Shown: positions 63,376 through 64,000 of the stretch, in pieces | How the letters are laid out: every line of letters begins with the position of its first letter | Position numbering within the stretch: the first letter of the stretch is position 1 | Origin: Mobula birostris | Lineage: Eukaryota | Assembly: GCF_030028105.1 (NCBI RefSeq) | Contig: NC_092374.1 | Span: 58,723,016-58,787,015 of the forward strand | Reading direction: 5' to 3' | Length of the DNA stretch: 64,000 nt | Translations under genes and position numbers: made by a program | The notes under the pieces: generated by a model | What the model was told of the DNA's origin: nothing | What the model saw: the letters and a program-made list of their open reading frames with translations, nothing else | Database searches by the model: none

Positions 63376-64000
63376 TGTTACGTACCCCATAACTGGGTTG
63401 CCAAACCAGCAGAAATGGGCCACGTGTTGGAGTCTGGTTTAACAGAAACTAATGAAGTTTTATTAAAGAGATAAGTAACACAGTTCTTTAATTGTAAGGA
63501 TATAAATGCTACAGGTTAGCAATGATAAAACACGCATGTACACAGAACTAGGGTAATAGGAATCAACCAATCTCTATCGCAGTCTAGGGGTAAAATGATC
63601 AGTCTCAAGTGACGTACAGTTCAGTTCAGCTTAATACAGTTCACAGTAATCACTGTTGTGCCGTTGGAGAGATGGAGAGAGAGAATGCAAATTTTGATTC
63701 AAACAGACCTTTGATGTTCTTCGCAGTTAGCTTTAGGGCAAACCCTTTTATGTCTTCTGTGGTCACTGACTGTGACCCCCTCCATTCCGGATACGACCGT
63801 TCTTCTGCGGTGAACCCGGCACAGACACACACACCAGGTTCCCGCTGATCGTACCTTTTCACCCTGTGCGTCTATGGTCGGTTCCCGCGACCAGACCTCC
63901 AAACTCACCAACTTGTGGGGGCATACCGCTCTTCCAGGGTCTCATTATCTCGTGGTGTGTGTCGTGCCTTAGCGAACCTGTTCTTTTCATCCCCCTGCTG
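63376..64000 (-). mobile_element. Probable LTR (Gypsy-like), incomplete at the window edge
   Basis: Abrupt start TGTTACG interrupting the CR1. Minus-strand AATAAA at 63459-63464; CpG-rich. The other end is not visible. Confidence 0.55.

Overview
Repeat-rich vertebrate genomic DNA. The repeat repertoire suggests a cartilaginous fish, probably a ray (inference). The only complete protein-coding gene is frataxin (FXN, + strand, 5 coding exons: 10862-10981, 18714-18793, 20554-20674, 30893-30990, 35257-35404; 188 aa), with a GC-box/NRF1/GABP promoter. A CpG-rich promoter near 57.6-58.2 kb precedes a short exon encoding MPVRRGE, probably exon 1 of TJP2, the usual downstream neighbour of FXN. The rest is largely nested mobile DNA: CR1, Rex1/Babar, RTE and RNase H-bearing LINEs, Penelope-like elements (PLEs), tRNA-derived SINEs, mariner and Tigger non-autonomous elements, and two LTRs. 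The most notable unannotated signal is a dispersed family of PLE-derived short elements carrying minimal type I hammerhead ribozymes, often as fold-back pairs. The only two copies I found with intact catalytic cores form an inverted pair directly against the FXN promoter. Most repeat boundaries are approximate, read by eye, and family names come from motif recognition, not database search.
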